Shown here: positions 38,801 to 49,490 of the stretch, piece after piece
Position numbering within the stretch: position 1 is the first letter of the stretch
How the letters are laid out: the number at the start of each line of letters is the position of its first letter
Made by a program: the position numbers and the translations under genes
Notes under the pieces: generated by a model
The model's database searches: none
The model's input: the letters and a program-made list of their open reading frames with translations, nothing else
Told to the model about the DNA's origin: nothing
From: Perna viridis
Taxonomy: Eukaryota
NCBI GenBank assembly: GCA_037379345.1
Contig: CM074511.1
Location: 1,612,001-1,676,000 of the forward strand
Length of the DNA: 64,000 nt
Direction of reading: 5' to 3'

Positions 38801-41800
38801 AATCAACATAATTTGTGAAAAAAAAGTTCACTTTAAAAGAATAGTTATAACAGCAAAGAAAACTGAAATAAAAGCAATGAAATTTTTTTTTTTAAATGTA
38901 AAAACATGGTAACAACAAAATAAAAGCAGAAACAACTTTTTGCACCTGTATTTTTGTATTCAATTATAATTGGATAAGGACCTTTGCCATCTCCTGAAAT
39001 GAGTTAAAGACAAAAATAAAATATGTGCTAGGATCTTTCCAACTTAATAAAGTTGCAATATATCTTGTGACAGTGAAAAGAATAAAAACAATTTCATGAA
39101 GTGCAAGACATTATCAACTGGACTACAAAGGATCAAAGGATTTTTTAAAGATCAAAATACTGAATAAAAGCCACTTGAAAATTAGCAATTTGCAACTTAA
39201 CTATTATCACCCAATAAGGACTGCTTTATAGTTAGAATCAATTGATTTTACACAACTAATTAACGATTTTCAATTATCTTAAAACACAATCCAATTTTAT
39301 CAAGTTTTCCCCAGTGATAACAGATTAATTGTGTTGAGTCACGAGAGCGGATTATTGAGAAAGGAAATTCCTGTCCTTTTGTGTAATGAAACAGGACTGA
39401 TTCTACTCAAATCTAATGAAAGATGATGGAAACCATTAACAAGTTTTCTGTTTTAAGTGCTAAAAGACTCTTCCAGATTTATTGATAGCAGATAACGAGG
39501 AATACTTAACGATTGTAGTTAATGGAAAAAGAGGAAGCTGTCGATTAAGTCAATGATGTGCCTGGTGCTATCAACTCACTGCAGTTTTTTTTCTAGATTG
39601 GAGAACAAATATTCCAGTAGACTAAAACATTAAATACAACATAATTTCTATAGTGTATCTGACATAATAACTAAATATATAAACATACATGTCATCATGT
39701 AATAAAAAAAATATATACATGTAAACCTGGAATCAATACATGTGCATGTAATCCTGATATAAAAAGAATTGTAAACTATTATACTTGCTACAAAATACAG
39801 ATCTCTTCATAATCATGTAAAAACAAATTAATGGACAAGGGTGATATTATCACAATAAAACAATGCCTGTCAATTTTGCATTATGAAAATGGACAATGAA
39901 CAGATTTAGGGTATAAACACTCTTTATACTTAGACACAAATCTACAATACTATATAATTTTCATTATAAGTATACAAGAAGCTCCTTCTCATTAATCTAA
40001 AAATATCTAATGTAAAATAAATACTTGCAAAATCAATCTAATGGTGCAAGGTGTACTAAGTTTTCTAATTTGAGTTCCAAAGCTGTGAAAGTAAAGGTCA
40101 AAAAGCAGCACATAAAGCAATTATGAATTGATCTATAAATTTAGTATCTATACATTTACTGTGATAGAACCACAAGGCAAGTTAAGTTACATTTTATTGT
40201 TGTAATTAAATGAGATATTGGAATTAAAAAAAATAAATTTATAACAACTAGAAGTCATGCAGGGTAAAGTAGAGGCCTGTATAATTAAGTAAGTAGTGAA
40301 CTTATAAACAACAGATAAAACTTAAGAAATCAAATGAAGAAAATGTTTTTTAAAGATTTTTTGGAGGAAAAAGAAGATTTTACACAAAAGGGGCATAGAA
40401 AATGGTGACTTCGTATATAGAAAATCACTAGAGTTATTGTTTGTTTGTTTGCTTTTTGAATATTTTTTATTTTCTAATTTAACTGTTCAGCAACTCATTT
40501 GGAAGGAAGCCATAGTTTAATATTTATTTCTGCAATAACATAATATGCCGTTTTCCATCAGTTTAGGATTGTAATTCACTTGAACACCTTGGACTTGTAT
40601 GAAGGTGTACTGTTAAGTACATTTTGTAATTCTTTATACATGTAGCTTATCGCTCTTCAAATAAATGTAGTTGTATTCATTCTAAGTGAACTGACTTTAA
40701 CTAAACAACCCAAGAAAATTGCCAATAATCTAAATGAGGGTTCAAAGTAGTGATGCTTAATCCACATATCATTAACAGTATTGAAAAGGTAAGACAAGGC
40801 ACAAACATAAATAAACAAGAAAAAAAAGTGAATTCTGTACAACCTACCACTCATAGCCAATACTGCAGAATTCATATCATCTGAAATAGGGTTAGCAAGA
40901 AATCCATTAGAAACAATTAAATAGTTATTTATTAGATATATAGTGTCAGGAAATTGTGTCAACACTGGACCATTTTGTATCAGAGGATGATAACCATGAG
41001 CAATGAAACCATGTAAAATAAAATCTTTGTGACATACAATCTTTATTTCAATAGATGAATGACACTTCTTAAATTTCTCAATAACCAAATACAAATAAAT
41101 ATATGGAAAAAAATATAATTTTAGTTACTAAAATACTTAAATGAGATTTATGCACAAATCTTAGAAATTGTGTCTACATTATTTACACAAGTAATTTAGA
41201 ATAATAGTGAACCATGTTGTACCCTTTCTGTCAACATGTTTAAATGTGATGGTGCTTTCTTTGTTTTCTGTCAACATGTCGTACCCTTTAAATGTTCTGG
41301 TGCTTTCTGTCAACATGTCGTACCCTTTAAATGTGATGGTGCTTTCTGTTAACATTTCATACCCTTTAAATCTGATGGTGTTTTCTGTCATCATGTCCTA
41401 CCCTTTAAATGTGATGGTGCTTTCTGTTAACATGTCCTTCCCTTTAAATGTGATGGTGCTTTCTGTTAACATATCGTACCCTTTAAATGTGAGGATGTTT
41501 TCTGTCAACATGTCATATCCTTTAAATGTGATGGTGCTTTCTGTCAACGTGCCCTACCCTTTAAATGTGATGGTGTTTTCTGTTAACATGTTGCACCCTT
41601 TCAGTGATTTGCTAATCTAAGAAAAAATATATAATAACCTGTAGGAACTGCTAATGACACAGTCACTTGAAATGTGACACTGTGTGTAGCATCAACAATA
41701 GCCTCTTTCTTGCCATGTCTACCTCTACCAAGGGAAGCACCACTACCACTACTCTTTAAATGTGATGGTGCTTGCCGTTAACATTTCGTATCCTTTAAAT

Positions 41801-42413
41801 GTGATGGTGCTTTCTGTCAACATGTCATACCCTTTAAATGTGATGGTGCTTTCTGTCAACATGTCGTACCCTTTAAATTTAATGGTGCTTTCTGTTAACA
41901 TGTCCTACCCTTTAAATGTGAGGGTGTTTTCTGTCAACATGCCCTACCCTTTAAACGTGATGGTGCTTTCTGTTAACATGTCGAACCCTTTCAGTGATTT
42001 GCTAATCTAAGAAAAAATATATAATAACCTGTAGGAACTGCTAATGATACAGTCACTTTAAATGTGACACTGTGTGTAGCATCAACAATAGCCCCTTTCT
42101 TGCCACGTCTACTTCTACCAAGGGAAGCACCACTACCACTACTCTTCGGCCTATCCAGGACTAAACTGTCAGAGCTTTTAGGTCTACTATCCACAGACTT
42201 TCTATCAGATGCAGGACTCTCAGTTTCTCTGCGACTTCTTCGACTTCCTGATCTGTCTGGAGTACCTCCAAGTTCATCCTCATAGCTAACTTTTCGTTCA
42301 ATATCAGTTACTTTTGGTGATTCTACTTTCTCTTTTTCAAACTCATCTTGTTTTATTTTAGCTTCTGTGTCACTTCTGGCTGATTCTTGAGCAACAGATT
42401 TCTCAGTCTCCAT
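17808..42413 (-). CDS. CFAP92: Cilia- and flagella-associated protein 92 (KIAA1257/DUF4550 family)-like
   Basis: Minus-strand GT-AG exons (approximate): 42413(ATG)-42029, [37062-37030], 35425-35185, 34684-34536, 33033-32829, 30742-30616, 30398-30232, 29598-29452, 28695-28506, 28259-28147, 27982-27821, 27619-27410, 25487-25357, 24998-24838, 23804-23662, 22969-22788, 22502-22385, 21751-21566, 21249-21091, 19321-19106, 18877-18285, 18069-17808 (TGA). Peptides recalled as CFAP92-family: TWQEGDLTWVAWTH, LEMRVWNIKEK, LNPLIFKISSAKNMP, GPALEIEIHDRD, WDPFGVAKIDLSELLLGHQYLHLKVPIHNC. Confidence 0.8.
19395..21002 (+). mobile_element. Helentron/HINE-like element with internal ~160-bp tandem units
   Basis: tataacccacgcaac...gggtat subterminal hairpin, gtcagtccgtccgtcagtcc microsatellite, repeated acagatattgacatgatttttggtac...gataagttacaggtcaag...ggccttgaac units, 3' end ggggtatgtgagcatgct. 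Confidence 0.7.
19618..20334. mobile_element. TTAA-targeting (Kolobok/piggyBac-type) non-autonomous DNA transposon nested in the HINE
   Basis: TTAA at 19614-19617 and 20335-20338; TIRs AGCTGCATTAGCT / AGCTAAAGCAGGT; removing it restores the host unit ggccttgaacttaacaaaatt. Confidence 0.75.
23402..23525. repeat. Short ~22-bp tandem repeat
   Basis: aaattggaatttggtactttgt, 5-6 copies. Confidence 0.8.
23885..24740. repeat. ~29-bp minisatellite (~30 copies) filling most of a CFAP92 intron
   Basis: gagccaattcaccagtcatataaagttct. Confidence 0.92.
25946..27443 (-). repeat. 52-bp tandem array (~29 copies) of CFAP92 exon end plus donor
   Basis: Minus-strand unit attgttggtatggccagagctgttgatgggccag|gtagtatttgttgttcag; the first copy is the coding end (IVGMAGAVDGP) of exon 27619-27410. 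Confidence 0.95.
28696..29215 (-). repeat. ~32-bp degenerate tandem array merging into a CFAP92 acceptor
   Basis: Minus-strand unit gtgctctatgtgttctgtgtcaataactacag; the last unit gtgctctgtggtttctgtgtttttcag is the real acceptor. Confidence 0.8.
29678..29886. mobile_element. ~205-bp TA-flanked MITE (Tc1/mariner-type); second copy inverted at ~36283-36492
   Basis: Termini tactgtggaagtac...gtaccttcacagta; internal sequence matches 36283-36492 in reverse. Confidence 0.75.
30842..32691 (-). mobile_element. Helentron/HINE-like element with internal tandem units, carrying a nested MITE
   Basis: aacaagag...tcgctcacctg at one end; acgacgaagacgacggacgccaagtgatgg...agctcacatggcc...ggtgagctaaaa at the other; repeated gggcaataactc units. 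Confidence 0.7.
31395..32162. mobile_element. Non-autonomous TIR transposon with 6-bp target-site duplication (hAT-like termini)
   Basis: TIRs CAGGGATTGAAATTA / TAATTTCGAACCCTG flanked by TAACAG at 31389-31394 and 32163-32168. Confidence 0.75.
36028..36730. repeat. ~30-bp tandem repeat interrupted by a MITE
   Basis: attccattgtatacttggtgataaggaac. Confidence 0.88.
36283..36492. mobile_element. Second copy of the ~205-bp MITE, inserted in a tandem array
   Basis: gtaccaatttt...ttggttcccaacaaaaag...tactgaaaacctcaaaacca is the reverse complement of 29690-29870. Confidence 0.7.
41215..42145 (-). repeat. 39-bp minisatellite plus a 390-bp duplication containing the 3' part of the CFAP92 ATG exon and its donor
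   Basis: ccctttaaatgtgatggtgctttctgtcaacatgtc(g/a)ta units; 41639-41755 copies exon sequence 42029-42145. Confidence 0.9.
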
Positions 42414-42745
42414 TTTCCTTAATACATGTACTAGAACTTCTTTACTTTATATCCACCAACCCATGTGGTCCCATTTTTTGTCCTTAAATATAAAAAAGTT
42501 TACAGTCACATCAGATAATAAAACTCCCCTCCAATCTTAATTTTTAATCAAGATAATTACTCTATCACTTTAAAATGTGCCATGTTTTTGCGCACTTGTT
42601 CAAAACTCATTTATCTTAATACTTTGGTATTTGTAAAGTTGATACACTTCGAATTCATACAATGTACAATCAGAACTACTTGTCATTCTTAGCTACACTG
42701 AAAAATGACTTTGACGTCTTTGTTTAAAAACAGAATTTTAGTATT

Positions 42746-42758
42746 GTTGCCTGGAAAC
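42746..42758. promoter_or_regulatory. RFX X-box upstream of the CFAP92 coding region
   Basis: GTTGCCTGGAAAC matches the X-box consensus GTTNCC-N(0-3)-RGNAAC; lies ~330 bp from the ATG of a ciliary gene. Confidence 0.6.
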
Positions 42759-42940
42759 TTATTAATCTGTGGTACAAAGTACATAATTGTATTTCTTTTC
42801 ACTAAGTGATGTTAAAATGTTTTGTTAGGTACACGTTATTTATCACAACAAATGAAATACCATAAATCCTAAAGAAATTCTGGTCCAAAGGTAAAAGCAA
42901 TACATGCATGAATGAGGTTATTCTATGTACAAAATAAAGG

Positions 42941-43389
42941 CCTGCGTTGTAGTGGGTAGTGAGATTTAAATAGCCAGTTAATTGACTTGGCTAAAGGATT
43001 AGTTCTTTAGCCGAATCAGTTTGTCACTGGCTTGTCACCGAGTGGTCTAGGGTTTGATCCTCGGTGGCAGAGTATAATTTTGTGAGTCAAATCATGCTCT
43101 CCCGTTACATTTTGGGCCCGACTAAAAAACCCACGGGATTTGGTTAGCTATTGAGCTATTGTTCGAGTCGTTCATGGTACGAAGACTCTTAAGGTGGGGG
43201 AAATGTGGCAGGACGCCCTACCTGCGTTGTAGTAGGTAGTGAGATTTAAATAGCCAGTTAATTGACTTGGCTAAAAGATTAATTCTATAGCCAAATCGGT
43301 TTGTCACTGGCTTGTCACTGAGTGGTCTAGGGTTCGATCCTCTGTGGTGGAGTATAATTTTGTGGGTCAAATCATGCTCTCCCATTACA
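42941..43389 (+). mobile_element. Miniature non-autonomous LTR retrotransposon (TRIM) with tRNA-like Pol III boxes in the LTRs
   Basis: Direct repeats 42941-43109 and 43221-43389, both ending TTACA; the 3' LTR starts TGT at 43204 right after purine tract AAGGTGGGGGAAA; TTTTGGGCCCG (PBS position) follows the 5' LTR; A box TAGCCAAATCGGT at 43288 and B box GGTTCGATCC at 43331. Confidence 0.7.
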
Positions 43390-43758
43390 GTTATATGGAT
43401 GGATGACCACAAACTAAATAACATTTATAATGTTAAGCAATATAGTAAATTGGGGCAAAACAATTTTGGCAACTTTCCTGGAGGCTGAAACAATTCTAAC
43501 AATAGTTCTGTCCAAGCGCAACAAGATCATTTACAGGTATACTTGTCGTCATTTGTCAAAATTCCCCACCAACAGGATATGTTGAATTACAGTGTTATGT
43601 TCTTTTTCAAATCGTATTTGCGTACTAACACGAAACGGTTTACAGGACCAAACAGATAATGTATTCAAATTGATCTTAAACCGTTTGATTAAATATGGTA
43701 CGTATAATTTCAATCAGTTACCTTTTGTTATTACAGAAGCGTAGTGAAAAAAACTTAC

Positions 43759-43795
43759 CTTTTCTTAATTTTTGTTGCCACAACTGCTTGGCAAC
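43759..43795 (-). promoter_or_regulatory. Putative non-coding first exon/TSS region of CFAP92 with paired RFX half-sites
   Basis: Strong minus-strand donor AG|GTAAGT at 43758; inverted GTTGCC...GGCAAC at 43774-43795; matching acceptor at 42483; CpG content rises here. Confidence 0.5.
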
Positions 43796-46700
43796 GATTT
43801 GCAGTTATGTCCCCTTGAACGTACTAATTTTTGGCTGCAAAACCGTACTCATTCCTAATTATACAAAATTAAAAGTAAAAAGAGTGAATTATTTTTTAAA
43901 ATGCAGACTTAAAATTTTTGAGCTATCGCTTGTTTTTCACCATCTTTTACAATAAAGATATTTACAGTCCCCTGCTATTACTTTGCGTTCAATCAAATCT
44001 GTTTTATCGGAAGTAACTATTAAATATATAATAACCACAAGCACAAGATCGTTACGACAATGAAAACTGATTTGTTCAACATTTCATAGTTTTCCTTTCC
44101 TCTTCCGTCTACTCTGGACTTGAATTTTTATAAGCAACTCGGTGGGTGTTTCTAGAAAAGCAGAGGACGCTTACCCTACCAGTGCACCTGGTCCATGCTC
44201 CCAGTTGTCAATTAACACAAAGATGGCTGTATGCATGCACTACACTGACATGAGCTACTATCGATGTCCCATTTTTTGTGTAGAACTTTTCCAAACGGGT
44301 CATAGACATTGTAAATGGACTACCGTCGACTCATTCTAGGTTTACGCAGCATTAAATATTTGACATACCTCGTTCTAACTCTTAGATAGAGTGGCAGTGG
44401 TTTCTCCTAAAATTACAAACTTGGGCCATGTTCTTAATATTCAAGGACATTATACCAGATAACCAAGTAAATTTGCTTATCAGTGATCAATTCACACCAC
44501 CTTTCAGAAAACCTGGCTACGGCCCTGAACTATTGTGGACTTCTTAATTCTCAATTTTGTTTTTGTTCTAGGATTTGAGTTTGAGGGGGGGGGCGTTAAT
44601 TGAATTAAAAGCAAGGCCAAAACTATTAACGGGTGAAATTTGAGGTGCAAATTATTGTTCTTACCGATTTAGGGGGACGTACGCCAGACCTTGGATCTGC
44701 GCCTGCATGCTTTATTGACCAAAGTTTCACATTGAGGAATCATATCTCAAAACTAAATCTAAATGCGTTTTCTTATCTTATATGTACGTAATAGCCCGAA
44801 AGCTCCCTTTTTAGCAATTTTCCATGTGTATCCAAATTATAAATTCGAATCGAGTGTAACTCCCAAAGGTTCGGCATTTTCTTCAGATGCAATTTTCTTT
44901 CTACTGAAATTAAAAGATAAATTTTGACTGTTTGTTTTTTCCCAACTCGCTTCCTTTCACAGAAATGAATGAAAACTAATTCCTAAGTCCAAGAACATCA
45001 TATTCTATTATCTTATTACAATCATGAACATCAGTATTATTGTTACAATGAAATACATGATTGTCATCAACATAATACTTGCATATTATACTCCCCTTAA
45101 CAACAGGAATATCATCATCTGTGATTTTGGTAATTTTATCTACTTCTTGGATTGCTAGATATTTGTGATGATACGAACTAGTGATATGAAATTAAGTATG
45201 ATTCTGCCTAAAAAACAGGCAGGGGTGATTTACCATGTCTTAAAATAATCAATGAAACTGTATAAATACATTTGTGAGGTCATAAAAACAACTCTTCCTA
45301 TGTTAATGTCCTTGGATCTGCAATTACAGTGAAATATTTCTTGATTATAGTGTAAAAATTCTGGCGGGAAGTTTTCCCTTACTTTTTTAGTAGAACTTAC
45401 TAAACTCTAATCGTTAATATATAGTTAACGTGGGAAATTTTCATTTGCATTTTTATTTTTAATACAATTTCAACGAGGCCTACTGAAGGATTTCCAATCA
45501 AAAAATTACTTGGGATCTCCTCTATATCTTGAAATATTTTTTCACTTGTTATAGTGTAAAAATTTGTTTAAGTTTTAAGTAGCACTCCAGGTAAGAATCA
45601 TGCAAAATGTGATTCATGGTTGGAAAGCCTACATTTCTTGCTTTTTGGCATTTTGTTTAAAATGTTATAGTTGATAGAAATTAACATGTGACTTTTAATA
45701 TAACCCTTGTTTTTGGAGATAAAAGTTATATAGAGTGTACTGCAGAATTCAATATTAAGGGAGATACTCTGTAAACTACACCATTATACCTCTAGAAACT
45801 GTTGGATTTTCAATGTTGATTATCCCCTAAGAGAAGGCAGATTGGAATAAATGATGATACATGTCATCATATAGACCCAAAAACAACTTCACAACAAAGA
45901 TAAAAATGTGTAGCCTTTTTTTAGGTGTATGCAGAATTTGCATCATTCTTACAAGGACTGCTATTTAATATCTCAAGTAAACTACTTTCATTTGCACTTA
46001 TATTTCCTAATACATTTTGTGGGGCCTTCAGAAGGATTCGCAATAACAAATATTTGGGATAAAGAAATGCATGAATTACCCATTATAAGCCTCTGCCTGT
46101 TTTGTTTAGACAGAACTGTACTTAAAACATGATTGGTCGAAAGCGACATTGTGACGTTTCTCATTTTCTTCTTCCGACACCATTGGTGACGTCATAGATA
46201 TTTTCACCATGTCAAGTAACATAGAGAAAAATGTTTTATAGCTCGTGTAAGTTGAATATCGCAAAATATTAACTCGCAGAGGCTCGTTTGTTATGATGTT
46301 GAAATTAAATAACTTAAGTTAATATTCTGCGATATTCATCTTTCACTCATTACACCTATAATTGATAAATACCTTAATATTGAAAAGAACAGGATTTAAA
46401 ATAACTTTATATGTAACTGATGTCTGACCAGTAAACAGACAAGTCCATCTTCGATATTTTTTTCTTTGTAGGTGAGACTGTGTATTTAACATGACATCAG
46501 AAAGGTGCAAAAGTCTAATTAAATCTACATGTTGTAGTTGTTATTTATTCGTTGGTGAATGTAACATTACATACACAGAGACATGCCATATTATACTGAA
46601 CTAACCAAAGTGTTTATTGGACAAGTCCTTTATCGTCAAACAATTAACCTTTTTGATCAAACGTCATAATAACCTTATATGGATACCGAATTAGGGTGTA

Positions 46701-46950
46701 ATTGAAGATGCTGAAAAATCCATACAAACTAGAGTTGCACTTTGTTTGACGCTACTATCATAAGTGCTCATAAGAAACAAATTAATCATTTTGTATAGGG
46801 CCAGAGCCTGTCTTTCTCCCACGGCTATTATGCCTGAGGAGTGAAGTTATGCAATGAATTTCTAAACGGTTGAATTTGTAACGAGACTTCTATATATGAC
46901 TGTAATTGTTTGACAAATGATCCTGTATGCAAATTTATCCGATTACAATA

Positions 46951-47060
46951 TATAAAATGTCACTCTGAGGGCATTGTATTGATGAAAAGATTGGCTACAA
47001 ATTCTATTCTACAAGATATATACACATTATGAGGGTGTTATATATACAGTTCCTTTGAAG
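46951..47060 (+). promoter_or_regulatory. TATA box and putative non-coding exon 1 of the globin gene
   Basis: TATAAAA at 46951-46957, octamer ATGCAAAT at 46927, strong donor GAAG|GTAAGG at 47061. The ATG-bearing exon has an acceptor at 50567, so an upstream exon is implied. Confidence 0.5.
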
Positions 47061-47674
47061 GTAAGGTTTATCTTTTCTACCTATCGATTCTTTGACAATT
47101 TTTTTCAAATTCGGGTTTTTTTCTTGAATGTTTGCCTTTTTTTACCTTATTGCAAATTTTCATAGAACAGAATTCAAAGAGACTCAAAAGAGTTCCATTT
47201 TTAGGTGCATTAAAATATCAAAAACATTAAAATCATTATCGTTCAATCAACTCCTGAACAGACAGGTCATTAATAGAAATCTACAGAAAGCATGTGTCAC
47301 ATAAGTGGCAGGACATTTATAAATAAAACTGTTTCATGGTTTTCTCGGATTATCTACTTTTATTAATAATAAACCGTGTTCTTTTTGTTCCAGTCAGTTT
47401 AGTAGGATTCGATGGTGTTTTCAGTTTTCTGTGATTGTTTTCTCGTTGTTTTATTTTATCTGTCAGTTGTTTCAGTTTCGTTTCGATCTTGTTTGGCTCG
47501 ATCTTTAGTTGTCCGTTTTCTTTTTATGTATCTCTAAATATTTCTGTTTTGGTGTCTACAGATAAAATTTATATATTTTCTCTGAAGAGCTTCGGAATTT
47601 TGTAAAGGAATCTTTTGGAAGTGGCAAAGACAGTATAAAGTCAACAAAACCTGAAACTTTCATGTTATTGTCAT

Positions 47675-47998
47675 AAATGAGAACCCGAGAATGTTTATTC
47701 AAGCTAAATAACACAGGCCAATGTTGAGATAAGTTTAATGAGAACCCGACGTTACTCGTGGTTTATTCAATAACACAGGCCAGGGTTGAGACAATAAGTT
47801 TAATGAGAACCCGACGTTACTCGTGGTTTATACAATAACACAGGCCAGGGTTGAGACAATAAGTTTAATGAGAACCCGACGTTACTCGTGGTTTATTCAA
47901 TAACACAGGCCAGGGTTGAGACAATAAGTTTAATGAGAACCCGACGTTACTCGTGGTTTATTCAATAACACAGGCCAGGGTTGAGACAATAAGTTTAT
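47675..47998. repeat. ~63-bp tandem repeat (~5 copies)
   Basis: aataacacaggccagggttgagacaataagtttaatgagaacccgacgttactcgtggtttattc. Confidence 0.9.
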
Positions 47999-49244
47999 GG
48001 TTTGATTTAAGTTGGGATAAAAACTTATTTCCCTTCCCCAAAAAATGGAGACAATCATCCATGGTATGTTCAATGCAAATACTAGAATGTAGACTTCTCT
48101 CTCAGCTTATTATCGATGAATATTTTTTTAAATGTCAGTATAAAGATTGTGGAGAATTTTATCATCTGTTCCTATTTATATTAACTGACGCTGAAAACTT
48201 TTTAGATATATATTAACACTGTACAGATGTTACCGGGTTTATAAACAAAATTTTGATATAACGTATATTCTACTCGAACTTAAAACTCCTTGTTTAAATT
48301 CGGATGGCGTTATCCTGATAAATTATAATAACAATTTAGGTGTTCAAGTTTCTTAGGTGCACCTGCTGCTTCAGGAATTTATTTAAATCAGGAAATACTT
48401 TTCAATAACTGTGCTTCATTAGTCGCCTTCATTCTATTATATCACCATAACAAAACAGTTACATAAATACGTTGGGATCTTACTAATACAGATATTGATG
48501 CTGAATGGTAAGTAGATTTCTCCGTTCATTATTTTTCCATTTCCATGGGATTTATATTTAATTTGGAGACAAATATTGCTCTTGTCGATGGACAACATTG
48601 CTCATAAAGATCTATGCATTGTCAGAAATATATAAAAGAACATGTCGTCTTACCATTTCCAATTGTTGTCGTGTAGTCTTGCTTGATTTTTTCTGTTTTC
48701 CTGTTGTGTTTGCGTTTCATTTCTCAACCCCTCGTCACAATTGACTTCAGGCAAATAGACGAAACTGTTTAACGAACATATTTTCCTAAAGAGCGATTTA
48801 CTTGTGAATAACTCATTTTGTTCTGATTGATTGTTTGTTCGTTTTTGTAAAATGTCACATTTCTATAATCATTTAATATATCTATGATATTTAATTATTT
48901 TTATTATTTTGATGTTATGTTTGGTTCATGATTAAATGGCAGAGTAATTCAATACAATAGCATGATATGTAGTTTAATGTATTAAATACAATGTACAAAT
49001 GTACTTAATGTAAATTGTGATCCAACAAGGGACCAGTGACTGAGATTTTAAACCAATCAAACTTCGTAACCATAAAAAGAAGTAAAAAACGCAAAACAAC
49101 GAAAAAGGGAGGAAAAACAATGGACGTTAGGGTGGCTCAAAGTCAGAAAATAGCTTGCCGGACAAACTCGAGCATTGCTGGAGTAGTGTTTTAGTACTTT
49201 TTAAAGACGGTACCTTAAAGTTTTGAAATTGTTTAATGTAATTA

Positions 49245-49490
49245 GAAATCAAGGGAACTATGGTTCGAACAGAAATCAAAAGAATAAAATCTAAGGATAA
49301 AGACCTGAGAGGTAAAACCAACACACACAACAAAGACAAACACACACAACAAAGAACATGAAATAACTAAAATAGCACGTACAAAGATATAAAAGCAAAT
49401 CAGCAACTCGGACTCGAACCAAAAACTGCACCGGTAGGGTAAGCGTCCTCTGCTTTTTAAGAAACACCCACCAAGTTGCTCATAAAATTA
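49245..49490 (-). repeat. Dispersed repeat (same family as 3118-3310 and 44105-44210)
   Basis: ggtagggtaagcgtcctctgc...gaaacacccacc is the reverse complement of 44135-44185. Confidence 0.6.

Noticed and set aside
41179-42010. Repetitive hydrophobic ORFs (SVNMSYPLNVMVL)n
   Set aside because: By-products of the 39-bp minisatellite; the same applies to ORFs at 36009-36289 and 56241-56894.
43280-43350. Bona fide tRNA gene
   Set aside because: A and B boxes are present but I could not build a convincing cloverleaf, and the sequence sits inside duplicated LTR-like repeats.
45192-45758. Possible TTAA-flanked MITE
   Set aside because: The TIR match (ttaagtatgattctgc / gcagaattcaatattaa) is too imperfect to support without a family consensus.
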